Positions 14,671 through 26,590 of a stretch of 64,000 nucleotides of DNA are shown piece after piece. Where the stretch lies: positions 2,542,001 to 2,606,000 of the forward strand of contig NC_043003.1 in the NCBI RefSeq assembly GCF_006345805.1, in the 5' to 3' direction. A program made the translations under genes and the position numbers. The stretch comes from Octopus sinensis. Taxonomy: Eukaryota. Numbering within the stretch: the first letter of the stretch is position 1; every line of letters begins with the position of its first letter. The notes below the pieces were generated by a model. It saw only the letters and a program-made list of their open reading frames with translations, did no database searches and was not told the DNA's origin.

Positions 14671-16061
14671 GCCCTGTGACTGAAACCGTCTACTTATAAA
14701 TACACTTACACAAAAGATATGTAGCTCCATGCGTTTCGTCATTTAGATAATGGAAAGGTTGAGGAGTATCGTCGTTGAGTTGTGATTTAGGTATCAGTTG
14801 ATTTTGATCCAGTTAAAAGGAAAAAAATATGTCTGACGAAATGCAAAAATGCTGAAATGAAGAATAATTTTTTTATTCTTTGCAAATAGTATTTTATTCT
14901 TTGTAAATAGTGAAACCGGAATTATCTCCCTTGCACTTCAGTTTAATGTCTCTTTTTCTATTTCAAATATTTTCATAGCATGTTTAGATTCTAATCGATC
15001 TATGATTATTATTATAGATCGATTATGAAGAAGCCTAAACTATTGAGGTAATGAACCGAATATCATATTTGATTCCGTATTGGGTTTTAAGCCGCGTGAT
15101 TAAGAAGCTTACTTTTACCGCGACTTCGTTTTGGGGGTCAGTCCCACTGCGTGATATTTTGGGCAAGAGTCTCCTATCGTTTGAGTGGATCTGATAGGCA
15201 GAAACTGTGTGGAAGCCCATTGCATACGTATATAAATGTTGTGTGTGTGTGTGCGAGCTTGTGTGTGCGAGCTTGTGTTCGCGTGTGTTTGTCTTTGGTT
15301 TTGTCCTACCAATCTGCCAACATGGCTTGAATAAGCAGTTCGCCAAAAGGCCACCGGTGGAATAAGTACTAAACATTAAAAGAAGAAAAAAAGAAAGGAA
15401 GAAAAACATACGAATTGTTGTCAATTCGTTCGACTCAACCTTCACGGCGGTGTCCCCTCGCATGGTCGCCGTCCAATGACTGAAACCGTCCCTTTATATA
15501 TCTACTCGGTTCCATACGTTACGCTACATCACTTTGTCTATCGTCTTTTAACAATTCGCTTTGTTCCTAAAAAAATAATAATAAACATCCAGAAATGAAG
15601 AGAGTGATGGGTTCAGAGCTGGCGGCACATCAATCGGTCCGGCAGAGGGGAAAAAAACAACAAAAAAAAAAACAAGAAATTAATAAATATGTCTCTTATC
15701 TTTGTCTTTTGCTTGTTTCAGTCATTAGACTGCGGCCATGCTGGAACATCGCCTTGAAGAATTTTAGTCGAACAAGTCCACATCGATACGTATTTTAAAA
15801 ATCTTTGGATTATTCTATCGGCTATTTTGCTTACAATGACGTAAACACACCAGCACCGGTTGTCAAGCGATGCTAAGAGACAAACACAGAAATAAAGACA
15901 TACACACACATACACACGCGCGCGTACACACACACACATACACACACACACACATACACACACACATACACACGCGCGCGCCACACGACACACACACACA
16001 CTCAGGTATATATGTATGTCTCTCTCTCTCTCTCTCTCTTCTTTCTCTAAAGATATAAACG

Positions 16062-16165
16062 ATGGAGAAATATTATGATGAACTTTATTCAACAACAAAA
16101 CTTCGTTTATATCTTTCTATTCTCCTTATTTGTTTTGTCATGTTTATTACAATATACTCTGCATG
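16062..16165 (+). CDS. Candidate coding exon 1 (signal peptide) of the Cys-loop receptor gene
   Basis: ATG at 16062 opens MEKYYDELYSTTKLRLYLSILLICFVMFITIYSA(W): basic residues then a hydrophobic core. It ends phase 2 at TG|GTTTGT, the same phase as GlyR exon 1. Weak donor and no recognisable homology. Confidence 0.45.
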
Positions 16166-16183
16166 GTTTGTACAATGACAAGT

Positions 16184-16221
<38 letters not shown>

Positions 16222-16346
16222 ACACACACACACACACATATATATAATTTTAAAAAAAACGGAGAAAAGGACAAGAAAAAACAACAACTCGAAGATGTAG
16301 CTCATGCAAAGAACCAATAAGACACTCAGAGAAGCGAAAGAGTGGT

Positions 16347-16383
16347 TGTTTTACGTTTCGAGCATTGCTCTTCTTCGGAAACA
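16347..16383 (-). ncRNA. Minimal type I hammerhead-like motif (U4C core); second copy at 17367-17403
   Basis: TGTTT CCGAAGA A GAGC-AAT-GCTC GAAA CG TA AAACA: 5-bp stem I, 4-bp stem II, loopless palindromic stem III (ACGT), GUA triplet. Confidence 0.55.
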
Positions 16384-16966
16384 GGAAACAGATATAGCTG
16401 AAAGCCGTTTGTCCATTATATTATGTATAATTCTTTTTCTGTTGCACGTGTATTATTATTACATAAAGTTGCGCTCGTCCGATAGTCGAAAAGCCCTTTC
16501 TGTTATTTATCTATTTGTATTTGAGAATGTACAATTATTTTGCTTCTGGCGTATAGCCGAGAGACGTCCGTTTGTTGTATGTGTATAATTCTAGCTTTCT
16601 TGTTTTTGTTTCCGTTCTTGTTTTCGTTATTGTATACAGTCGTCGTTTGCTTTTCCCAGAGGCTTAATGCTTTTAGCTTAAGTCTCTGGCACTAGCCGGA
16701 TCCGAGCAGTCTCAGTGATAAGAAAGTGCTAAGCTGCAAGGGATACTGACTGAGGGGAAATCGGCTGCGAATGATCCATCTATCTTGCTTTTGTCCTGTT
16801 TACGTGTTTGTTATGGCATCGTCTATTTTTATCGCATGTTCTTTTGTTGGATTTCTGCTTGTTGTTGTTCTTCTTCTGTCCTACTCTTGGTTTATATATA
16901 TATATATATATATATATACCAAGAGTTTATAAACCCATTTTGTGTGTGTGTATATATATATATATA

Positions 16967-17013
<47 letters not shown>

Positions 17014-17019
<6 letters not shown>

Positions 17020-17194
17020 GGACAAGAACGCAAAACATCTAGAAGACGATACAAAAACACGGACGGGTCATTCGAAGATTAATCAGCCGAAATTGCGAGG
17101 ATGATCCGGTTCTTGACTGAAGATTAAAGGCTTTGATGACCCGTCCGTGTTTTTTGTATCGTCCTTTAGATATTTTGCGTTCTTGTCCCATTTT
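17014..17194. repeat. Fold-back (palindromic) element in (TA)n; second copy about 18017-18198
   Basis: Arms AAAATGGGACAAGAACGCAAAA...CACGGACGGGTCAT and ATGACCCGTCCGTG...TTGCGTTCTTGTCCCATTTT. Confidence 0.85.
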
Positions 17195-17981
17195 GTATAT
17201 ATATATATATATAATATAACGGCGTACGTACACTATGTTCTCTTATATGTAAGTATATATATATATAATTTTAAAAAAAACGGAGAAAAGGACAAGAAAA
17301 AACAACACTCGAAGATGTAGCTCATGCAAAGAACCAATAAGACACTCAGAGAAGCGAAAGAGTGGTTGTTTTACGTTTCGAGCATTGCTCTTCTTCGGAA
17401 ACAGGAAACAGATATAGCTGAAAGCCGTTTGTCCATTATATTATGTATAATTCTTTTTCTGTTGCACGTGTATTATTATTACATAAAGTTGCGCTCGTCC
17501 GATAGTCGAAAAGCCCTTTCTGTTATTTATCTATTTGTATTTGAGAATGTACAATTATTTTGCTTCTGGCGTATAGCCGAGAGACGTCCGTTTGTTGTAT
17601 GTGTATAATTCTAGCTTTCTTGTTTTTGTTTCCGTTCTTGTTTTCGTTATTGTATACAGTCGTTTGCTTTTCCCAGAGGCTTAATGCTTTTAGCTTAAGT
17701 CTCTGGCACTAGCCGGATCCGAGCAGTCTCAGTGATAAGAAAGTGCTAAGCTGCAAGGGATACTGACTGAGGGGAAATCGGCTGCGAATGATCCATCTAT
17801 CTTGCTTTTGTCCTGTTTACCGTTTGTTATGGCATCGTCTATTTTTATCGCATGTTCTTTTGTTGGATTTCTGCTTGTTGTGTTCTTCTTTCTGTCCTAC
17901 TCTTGGTTTATATATATATATATATATATATATACCAAGAGTTTATAAACCCATTTTGTGTGTGTATATAATATATATATA

Positions 17982-18021
<40 letters not shown>

Positions 18022-18369
18022 GAGACAAGAACGCAAAACATCTAGAAGACGATACAAAAAACACGGACGGGTCATTCGAAGATTAATCAGCCGAAATTGC
18101 GAGGATGATCCGGTCTTGACTGAAGATTAAAGGCTTGAATGACCCGTCCGTGTTTTTTGTATCGTCCTTTAGATATTTTGCGTTCTTGTCCCATTTTGTA
18201 TATATATATATAATATATATATATAACGGGCGTACTACACTATTTTCTCTATAGTAAGATATATATATATATATATTTTAATTGTCCAACGGGAAACAAA
18301 AAAAACAACAACAATGGAACAATACAGTATTATTATTAATAGTGCGCTCAGGAAAAGGAAGCAGGAGGT

Positions 18370-18402
<33 letters not shown>

Positions 18403-18747
18403 ATGTGAAATAGAACGATGATAATCTTGTAGTAGATAATCAAAAGTTTAACCGATACCTTAGTAGCAAAAATCACAGCAGTGATTTTTTCGCCATGGGC
18501 TCTTAGAGCACAGTTCGATTTGTTTTTGCTCTGGCCTCTGTTCTGTTTTTGTTTTTCCAACGGATTCCTTTTTTCTCCTGAAGAGAAAGACACAATATGG
18601 TCCATTAATTCAATCGGATTTTTGGAATTTGTGCTTTCGACTACGTGTAGAATGAAATAAAACGATTTCTGTTCAATCTGCGTTCAGCTCCATTTTCTTC
18701 AATTCACCAATTTATATAATATATATATTATATTAATATATATATAT

Positions 18748-18779
<32 letters not shown>

Positions 18780-18791
18780 GATATCTTTATT

Positions 18792-18953
18792 AAAAGCAGC
18801 AGAAAATTCAACAAAACCTGTTACTCTGAGTTTCACGTTCCCGTTCGTCGCAGTTTTTGCTAGAATCTAGCAAAAATTCTAGCAAAAACTGTCCGACGAA
18901 CGGGAACGTGAAACTCAGAGTAACAGGTTTTGTTGAATTATCTGCTGTTTTTA
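18792..18953. repeat. Fold-back element with about 75-bp arms, each carrying a hammerhead-like motif
   Basis: Near-perfect inverted arms around a short loop; the + strand motif is at 18889-18926. Confidence 0.9.
18889..18926 (+). ncRNA. Minimal type I hammerhead-like motif (U4C core)
   Basis: CTGT CCGACGA ACG-GGAA-CGT GAAA CT-CAG-AG TA ACAG: stems I-III all pair, GNRA loop on stem II, GUA triplet. Confidence 0.6.
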
Positions 18954-19052
18954 AATAAAGCATATTATCTAACCACTGTATTTGAGTACTCTTTTTTCCA
19001 CCTTGTTTCACATTTATGTGTTTACTCCGGTATATATATATATATATATATT

Positions 19053-19097
<45 letters not shown>

Positions 19098-19147
19098 TAT
19101 ATATACACATATATATATATACACATATATATATACATATATATATA

Positions 19148-19194
<47 letters not shown>

Positions 19195-19369
19195 ATAACA
19201 CATATATACATATATATATACACACACATATATACATATATATACATATATATGTATATATATATCGCACTCTCATCTCATAACAACAATACGGCACAAT
19301 TATTTCACCTCAATTGGCCCCGCTCTCTTTAACATTACACCAAAACACATTAAAACAGAAACTGACCCT

Positions 19370-19560
19370 ATAGGGTTCAAGAAGTCTTGGACAGATTCCT
19401 TCAAGAAATCCCGGATAACCCCCTACATCCGGACATGTCTCTGTAAACAATAACTCTCTACTTGAGTGGGCCATAGTGCCCAAATTCTGACTTGAAAGAC
19501 TTCATCAGGTGGTGGCTATTAAGTTAGACATGGCCTGGGCTAATAATGGCCGAAACCTAT
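19370..19560 (+). mobile_element. CR1-like LINE 3' end fragment
   Basis: LDRFLQEIPDNP resembles LDLFLSGIPDEP at the 3' end of the 9.2-10.6 kb element. Confidence 0.55.
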
Positions 19561-19581
19561 CAAAGTATCAAAGCATCAAAG

Positions 19582-19622
<41 letters not shown>

Positions 19623-19651
19623 TATAATATATTATATATTTATATATATAT

Positions 19652-19685
<34 letters not shown>

Positions 19686-20568
19686 GCGGGTTCCATTTAA
19701 TTTACGTCTACCAAATCTACTCACAAGGCAATGGTCGGCCCGAGGCTATAGCAAAAGACACTTGCCCAAAGTGCCATGCTGTGGGACTGAACCCGGAACC
19801 ATGTGGTTGGTTAACAAGCTACTTACCACACAGCCACTCCTAAGCCTATGTAAATAAATAAATAAATGAATAAATGAATAAATAAATGAATAAATAAGTA
19901 AATAATTGAGATTAATTACTCGGAAAAAATAGTTACATGAAAATAATACTACAGTTATTGTTGGTATTTGTAATATAATGAACGTTAAGGAAAAGTCGAA
20001 TCAGATTTACGTCTAAAAACTTCTTGGGCCATGGGAGACAACTCTGAGAGGTTTCGCTCTTACTCTCATTTTGCTCATTCTCTGCCGATTTGACAATGGC
20101 TGACTTCGAAGGAGACAAATTTACAAAGTCGCCAGAGAGTCGGATAGAATTCCTCACAGCATTTGTTCTTAGTCGGTGTAATCTGAGTTCAAATCCAGCC
20201 GGGGTTAACTTCTTCGTTCAGTGACGATAAATGAAGAACCAGTCGAGTTCCTTGGGTCAAAAACACTGCTTACAATACCTGAAGGTAGTTCCCTACCACC
20301 ACCACCGTCACACCCACCCACCCACCATCACCAATCCACCCCAGCAACGTTTTTGTTGGGTGCGATTTTTTGGTTTGCTATATAAGCCCGTATAAAGAGC
20401 AACATCAAGAGCTACTCCGGGCAGCACACACTCTGGATACGATACAAACGCTCAGAGAGGCGAAACCGCAAACCACGTCACTGAAAAAACACGCAGGTGA
20501 TTAGGCTGAATGGATGAGTGAAAAGAATAAAACACAACAGTTAAAACAAGTTTCAATAGAAACAGAAA

Positions 20569-21345
20569 GGCGGCGAGGAGCTGGCAGAGACGTTAGCAGG
20601 CCGGGAGAAAGGCTTAGCGGTATTTCGTCTGTCGTTACGTTCTGAGTTCAAATTCCGCCGAGGTCGACCTTTGCCTTTCATCCTTTCGGGGTCGATAAAT
20701 TAAGTACCAGGTCACACTGGGGTCGATGTAATCGACTTAATCCGTCTGTCTGTCTGTCCTTGTTTGTCCCCTCTGTGTTTAACCCCCTGCGGGTAATGAA
20801 GAAATAAGAAACGTTAGCACACCGGGCGAAATGCTCAGCGGTATCTCGTCTGTCTTTACGCTCTGAGTTCACATTCCGCTGAGGTCGACTTTGTCTTTTG
20901 GGGGTCGATAAATTAAGTATCAGTTGCTACTGGGGTCGATCTAATCGACTATCCACCCCAAAAAAAAAAATATAAATAAATTAATAAATTGGGGCCTTGT
21001 GCCTAGAGAAGAAAAGAATATAAACAGAAAGGCAGAAACGTTAGCACGTTGGACGAAATGCTTTGTGGTATTTCGTCTGCTGTTACGTTCTGAGTTCAAA
21101 TTCCGCCGAGGTCGACTTTGCCTTTCATCCTTTCGGGGTAGAAAAATTAAGTACCAGTTACGTACTGGAGTCGATATAATCGACTTAATCCCTTTGTCTG
21201 TCCTTGTTTGTCCCCTCTGTGTTTAGCTCCTTGTGGGCAGTAAAGAAATAGGTATTTCGTCTGCCGCTACGTTCTAAGTTCAAATTCTGCCGAGGTCGAC
21301 TTTGCCTTTCATCCCTTCGGGGTCGATTAAATAAGTACCAGTTCC
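20569..21345 (+). mobile_element. Concatemer of SINE family A units (other copies about 23280-23456-, 23800-24110+, 24782-24985+, 27928-28075-, 30468-30643+, 31872-32010-, 36555-36692+, 46650-46865+, 50546-50760+, 57545-57780-)
   Basis: Repeated GGCGGCGAGCTGGCAGAAACGTTAGC...GTTCAAATTCC...GCCTTTCATCCTTTCGGGGTCGATAAATTAAGTACC; the central part resembles the Deu/Nin SINE domain (from memory). Confidence 0.85.
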
Positions 21346-22299
21346 GTCGATTGAATAAGTGCTAGAAAAGCCATCTCGTGGTTGTTGCTGCCACGTGTAC
21401 AACAGCTAGGTCTTCTCTCATGCATCGTTAGTCTTACTAATCAGGATTGTGCACAGTTTTGAAATGGCTTTGTGGTTTTGTGGTTTTGTGGGGTGGCAGG
21501 ACTTGCCAGCGCTTACTGATCCCTCGTAGCTCCGTGTTTTCTGTCATTCCCTCGCCTCGCAACCAGCCCATACGACAACGTGACATTGGTTAATGCCATT
21601 GGTAATCCCCCGTTTGCTGCGTTGACCTTTGTGCCGGGGTACAAGAGTATGGACGGGTGTGAATCTGACAACTTCAGCTTATCTCACCCCCCCCCCCCTC
21701 TTGGTTCCAGTCTCAGAAAGCAAGCGGACTGTCACCGTTTTACTTGGTTTAATCAACGCAATTCTGTTTGTACATCAACATTTGCTTGTTTTGATTCAAT
21801 TTTGAAGGATACACAAAAGACATCCCACCGCACCCCCCACTGTTTCTGTGGGACGTATGTACGTCAACTAATAACTTCCTAGATTCTAAGCCAGGATTCG
21901 AAACCCAATCTATATTTTCCTACAAGTCCTTTCCTAATATTTTCGACGTTTGCACTTGGAAATTTATAAGAGTCAACTAACATGTTTCAATCAGTTCTAT
22001 TGTTTAAATGATTATTTCAAGACAAACTTGGGTCAAAGCAGACGGAAAATCCTTTGTTTAGCTTCTTGACCTACGTAAATTAGAAAAAATATATATAAAA
22101 ACAGACCTCAAAATTGTTTCAACCTCTGTCGTCGCTTGGCGACAAAGCTGAGGGGCACATCTTTATTTTCCCCCTTCACTTATGAGTTGTCTCCGCGCAG
22201 CTACACAACTTTCACTCTCTCTGTTTGTCAACATAGAGAGATAGACTCTCGTACCATTTCTCACTTCCCGTTTTCTACCCGTCTTCTAGCAGTAAACAA

Positions 22300-22712
22300 A
22301 TGATGGACTTAACTACCTACGAGATGGACAAGAGAACCATCCCTGGGCATGGATTCACTGAAGCTCCGGCGTCTGGCGACGGACTTGGTAAACACCCACA
22401 AGGTTATCAACCACCTCACCAACAACAACACTGAACACCTTTTTGATCTCCATGTGTCTAACACACGTGGACATGCCTACAAAGTCAGAAAACAGCACAG
22501 CTCCCATGACTTTCGGAAACATTTTTTCACGCTCAGGGTTGCTGAAGCGTGGAATAAACTGCCTGCATCAGTTGTTGACTGCCATGACACTGCATCCTTT
22601 AAGGCCCTCATGCTTCCCGAAATCCGTCGAAAAAACTACATGATTATATATACACTTTAGATGAGTTGTAGTGCACCTGAGCACTGTACACAATTATTAT
22701 TATTATTATTAT
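22300..22712 (+). mobile_element. CR1/L2-like LINE 3' end with (ATT)n tail
   Basis: MDSLKLRRLATDLVNTHKVI...NTRGHAYKV...RKHFFTLRVAEAWNKLP, followed by an ATT tail. Confidence 0.85.
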
Positions 22713-22978
22713 CACTGTACAACAATAGCAAGTTGTACCTTACATTGTAACGAGCAAATAAAGGCCAGATCACCACAAGGGATATTTTCTTCCTCTCATT
22801 TATTTGTTACATAGAAATCGTTACATCTGCATTTTCATTTATTGCTTTTTGTGTGTTTTATCTACACAAAAGATTTTGTTTGTAGAGACGTGTCTACTAA
22901 ATATTTTTGCATTAGATGTTGGCTGGTGAGGAAGAAAGCATTTTCAAAATGTCTTTTTTTTTTTTTTTGGCTTTATAG

Positions 22979-23100
22979 GTATATGATAGAAAAAAAGAGG
23001 ATAAATGAAACCCTTTTCCCCCAAATTATAATCCAATTTTTACCAAACTCGACAAAATTTAATCGATGGGTCGGAGCACACACACAGACATCTCTCCAAG
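22979..23100 (+). CDS. Candidate coding exon 2 (N-terminal helix region)
   Basis: Strong acceptor (T-run then GGCTTTATAG) and donor CAAG|GTAAAT. 122 nt, phase 2 to 1 as in GlyR exon 2, open frame YMIEKKRINETLFPQIIIQFLPNSTKFNRWVGAHTQTSLQ. The YD-x-x-x-RP motif is not conserved. Confidence 0.45.
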
Positions 23101-25513
23101 GTAAATAACAACAACGACAACAACAGCTGCAGCAATAGCAACAACAACAATCTATAAGGGCCAATGCAATCTTCATACATTTCTTTCAATTTCTTGGCTC
23201 ACCTAATATCGATTCTTTCTCCCCAAACTCAATTCCTGTATATAATATTGGTTTCAAATTTTGACAGCAATTTCGGGGGAGGGGGCTACTTCAATAACAT
23301 CGATCCCCACTGTTCAACTGGTACTTATTGTATCGACCCCTGAAAGGATCAGAGGTAAAGTCGACCATGGCGGAATTTGAACTCAGATCGTCAAGATAAA
23401 CGAAATGCCGCTAAGTATTTTCCCCGCCGTGCCAACGGTTCTGCCATCTCGCTGCCCTGTATGCATGTCTATAATATCAATGCTGTCTCGAGCGCTAGGG
23501 CTCACACGACCGGTTACTCGGTTTACATGGCGTAAAAGTGACCGGTTGTCACGGTACCCTTACCCCACCCCTACTGAGCGGAACACCGCTCCATTGCAAG
23601 GTTTAAGACCAATAATTGTGAGGGGAGGGGACAAGCAAGGATTAAATCAACACCAGTATTTGATTAGTACCTTTTTTTTTTAGCTGCTCCAAAAAAGATG
23701 TAAGGCAAATTTGATCGCGGCGGTGTTTGATTTCAGAACATAAAGAGCCGGAAGAAATGCGACTAAGCATTTCTTCCGGCGCGGTATTGAACATGTTAAG
23801 GTGGCGAGCTGGCAGAAACGTTAGCAGGTCGGGCGAAATGTTTAGCGGTATTTCGTCTGCCGTTACGTTCTGTCCTTATTTGTCCCCTCTGTGTGTAGCC
23901 CCTTGTGAGAAGTAAAGAAATAGGTATTTCGTCTGCCGTTACGTTCTGAGTTCAAATTCCGCCGAGGTCGACTTTGCCTTTCATCCTTCCAAGGTCGATG
24001 AATTAAGTACCAGTTACGCACTGCGGTCGATATAATCGACTTAATCCGTCTGTCTGTCCTTGTTTGTCCCCTTCTATGTTTAGCCCCTTGTGGGCAATAA
24101 AGGAATAGGTCTTGATTCTGCCAATTCACCGTCTTATATTCAAGTTACTAAGGATGTAAGCAACTTTCTCAGCTTTTAATTATTTCTTTCTCGACTGGAA
24201 TATTCTTCCCGAGACCCGAAATAGCAAGCAATGGTCCCAGTTTATTAAACAGTAAAGGCAGTCGTCGCTGCCACCACGTCGAATTCAGTTAACTAACTCT
24301 TCCATATTCGGACCCACAAGCTTCCTAAGAAAAAAAGGGGGAAAAAAAAGAAGAAAGAAAAGAATATATATAGACGCAAGTGTGGCTGTGTGGTAAGAAG
24401 CTTGGTTCCCCAACCACATGGTTCCGAGTTCAGTCCCACTGCGTGACACTTTAGATAAGTTTCTTCTCTTATAGCTTTGGGCCGACAAAAGCTTTGTGAG
24501 TGGATTTGGTAGACGGAAACTGAAAGAAGCCCGTCGTGTGTATACATATGTGAGTATGTGCATGAGTGTGTATATGTGTGTACGAGTGTGTGTCTCTGTG
24601 TGCGTTTGTCCTCCACCACCGCTTGACAACCGGTGTTCGTGTGTTTACTCCCCCGTAACTTAGCGGTTCGGCAAGAAAAGAAAGAAGAATACATACTGGG
24701 GATCAATTCTTTCTTCAAGGTAGTGCCCCAGAATGGCCGCAGTCTAATGACTGAAACATGCAACAAAATAAAAGACAGTTTAAGGCGGCGAGGAGCTGGC
24801 AGAAACGTTAGCACGCCGGGCGAAATGCGTAGCCGTATTTCGTCTGCCGTTACTTTCTGAGTTCAAATTCCGCCGAGGTCGACTTTGCCTTTCATCCTTT
24901 CGGGGTTCATAAATTAAGTACCAGTTGCGTACTGGATCGATCTAATCGACTGACTCCTCTCCCCCAAAATTTCGGGCCTAGAGAAGAGAGGAATAAAAGA
25001 CATGAAGGTCTGTCATAAACCCCTGGGATTTTAAACCCGGAACTTAATCCGATTTCCGTAGCATATACGGTCCATTTAGGCGTCAATAAAATAAGTACGA
25101 GTTATGCACTGGGGTCAATGTAGGCGATTTACCCTTTCTCTAAAAATCTGAAAGAATTTACAGAGCTGTTAAATACTGGCAAGTTGATAACGCTGTTGCA
25201 GACGACAGCAGCCTGTTTCTTGGGAATAATTGTGTAAGAAACGATTTCGCATTGATCGAAAGTTCTCTTGCAGGCTGCTCAATGCTAGTGAAACATATCC
25301 GAACGATTTTAAATACAATATACTTCGTCAATATTTATACAGCGTGATGTGGTATTTTCTGTACACTAATTGCCGGCAGATTGTTTGTTCTGGTTAGTTT
25401 TCTATTAACTGATATATAAAAGTCTGACTGAAAGAAAATGAGTGACTCCGGCTGAACTGAGAGATTGAAGGAAACTAAATCAACTCGCAAATCGATCAAT
25501 CGGTTGCCTAACA

Positions 25514-25560
<47 letters not shown>

Positions 25561-25679
25561 CACATATATACATATATTATATATACATATATACATATAT
25601 ACATATATGTATATATATATAGATATATATGTATATATGTATATATATATGGATATATATACATATATATATACATATA

Positions 25680-26215
25680 TATATAGTGTAATAAATAAAA
25701 TATATGCATACATACAAACATATATGTACGTACCTACATCTACATGTATATATACATGCATATGTAAATATATATACGTGAGTATAGGACACCACAACTA
25801 GACGTAGAACTCAACGAGAAACGAAAAAGGAAAAACCAATTTTTTTACAACAAAAAAACAGAGTACAGGACATACTACACAAGGAAAAATCCCCTATCAT
25901 CAGCTGTCACTAGTTCGACTCTAGCGTGTTTCGAAGGCAAGACAGGACACGACTCGCCAAACTAATCCTTCCTGCGAGAGAATAAAAATAAAATTACCTC
26001 GCAGAGGGGTAAACACAAGCAAGAAAAAAATGTAACACAAACAGGACGTAAAAACGATACAAATAAAACTACAAAATAAAATAGAAGATAAAAATACATG
26101 TACAAGAAAATACAATACGAGAAATAAAAAGAAAATACAATACGAGAAATAAAAAGAAAATACAATACGAGAAATAAAAATAAACAAGAAAACAAACGAA
26201 AAGACCTTTTTTCTG
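25680..26215 (+). mobile_element. Interspersed repeat; an inverted family member lies at about 53390-53905
   Basis: About 500 bp, including a shared microsatellite-like segment, is the reverse complement of the 53.4-53.9 kb block. Confidence 0.8.
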
Positions 26216-26590
26216 GCTTAGACGAGGAGATTCTAGCAGCGCATGGGAACACAGATGTGTGTCTTTACAGTTTGAAAGCCGCGTGTAAAAGGAAGTAGTT
26301 TTGGCTAGCAGTGACAAAGATGAGGAGGGGTGAGAGAGAGAGAGAGAGAGAGATAGAGGAAGACAAGCGGCTGAGAGAGAGATGAGGAAGAGTGAGAGAA
26401 AGAGAGAGAGAGAGAGGGGAAGGTATATATATATTTATATATATATATATAAACATATATACATATATATACATATATATCTATATACATAAATATATAT
26501 ATATGTATATATATATATATGTATATGTATGGATATATATGTATATATATATATAATATTATATAATAATAATATGAGAGAATAATATTC

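Larger units (their letters stand above)
16240..18275. repeat. Tandem duplication, unit about 1,020 bp (two copies)
   Basis: Identical 94-aa ORFs at 16304 and 17324; copies differ mostly by small indels. Confidence 0.9.

Noticed and set aside
25166-25233. 68-nt AG-GT open segment as the missing exon 3
   Set aside because: Size and phase fit, but the acceptor is purine-rich and the peptide (VKYWQVDNAVADDSSLFLGNNC) does not resemble the beta1/loop-2 consensus ending in Met.
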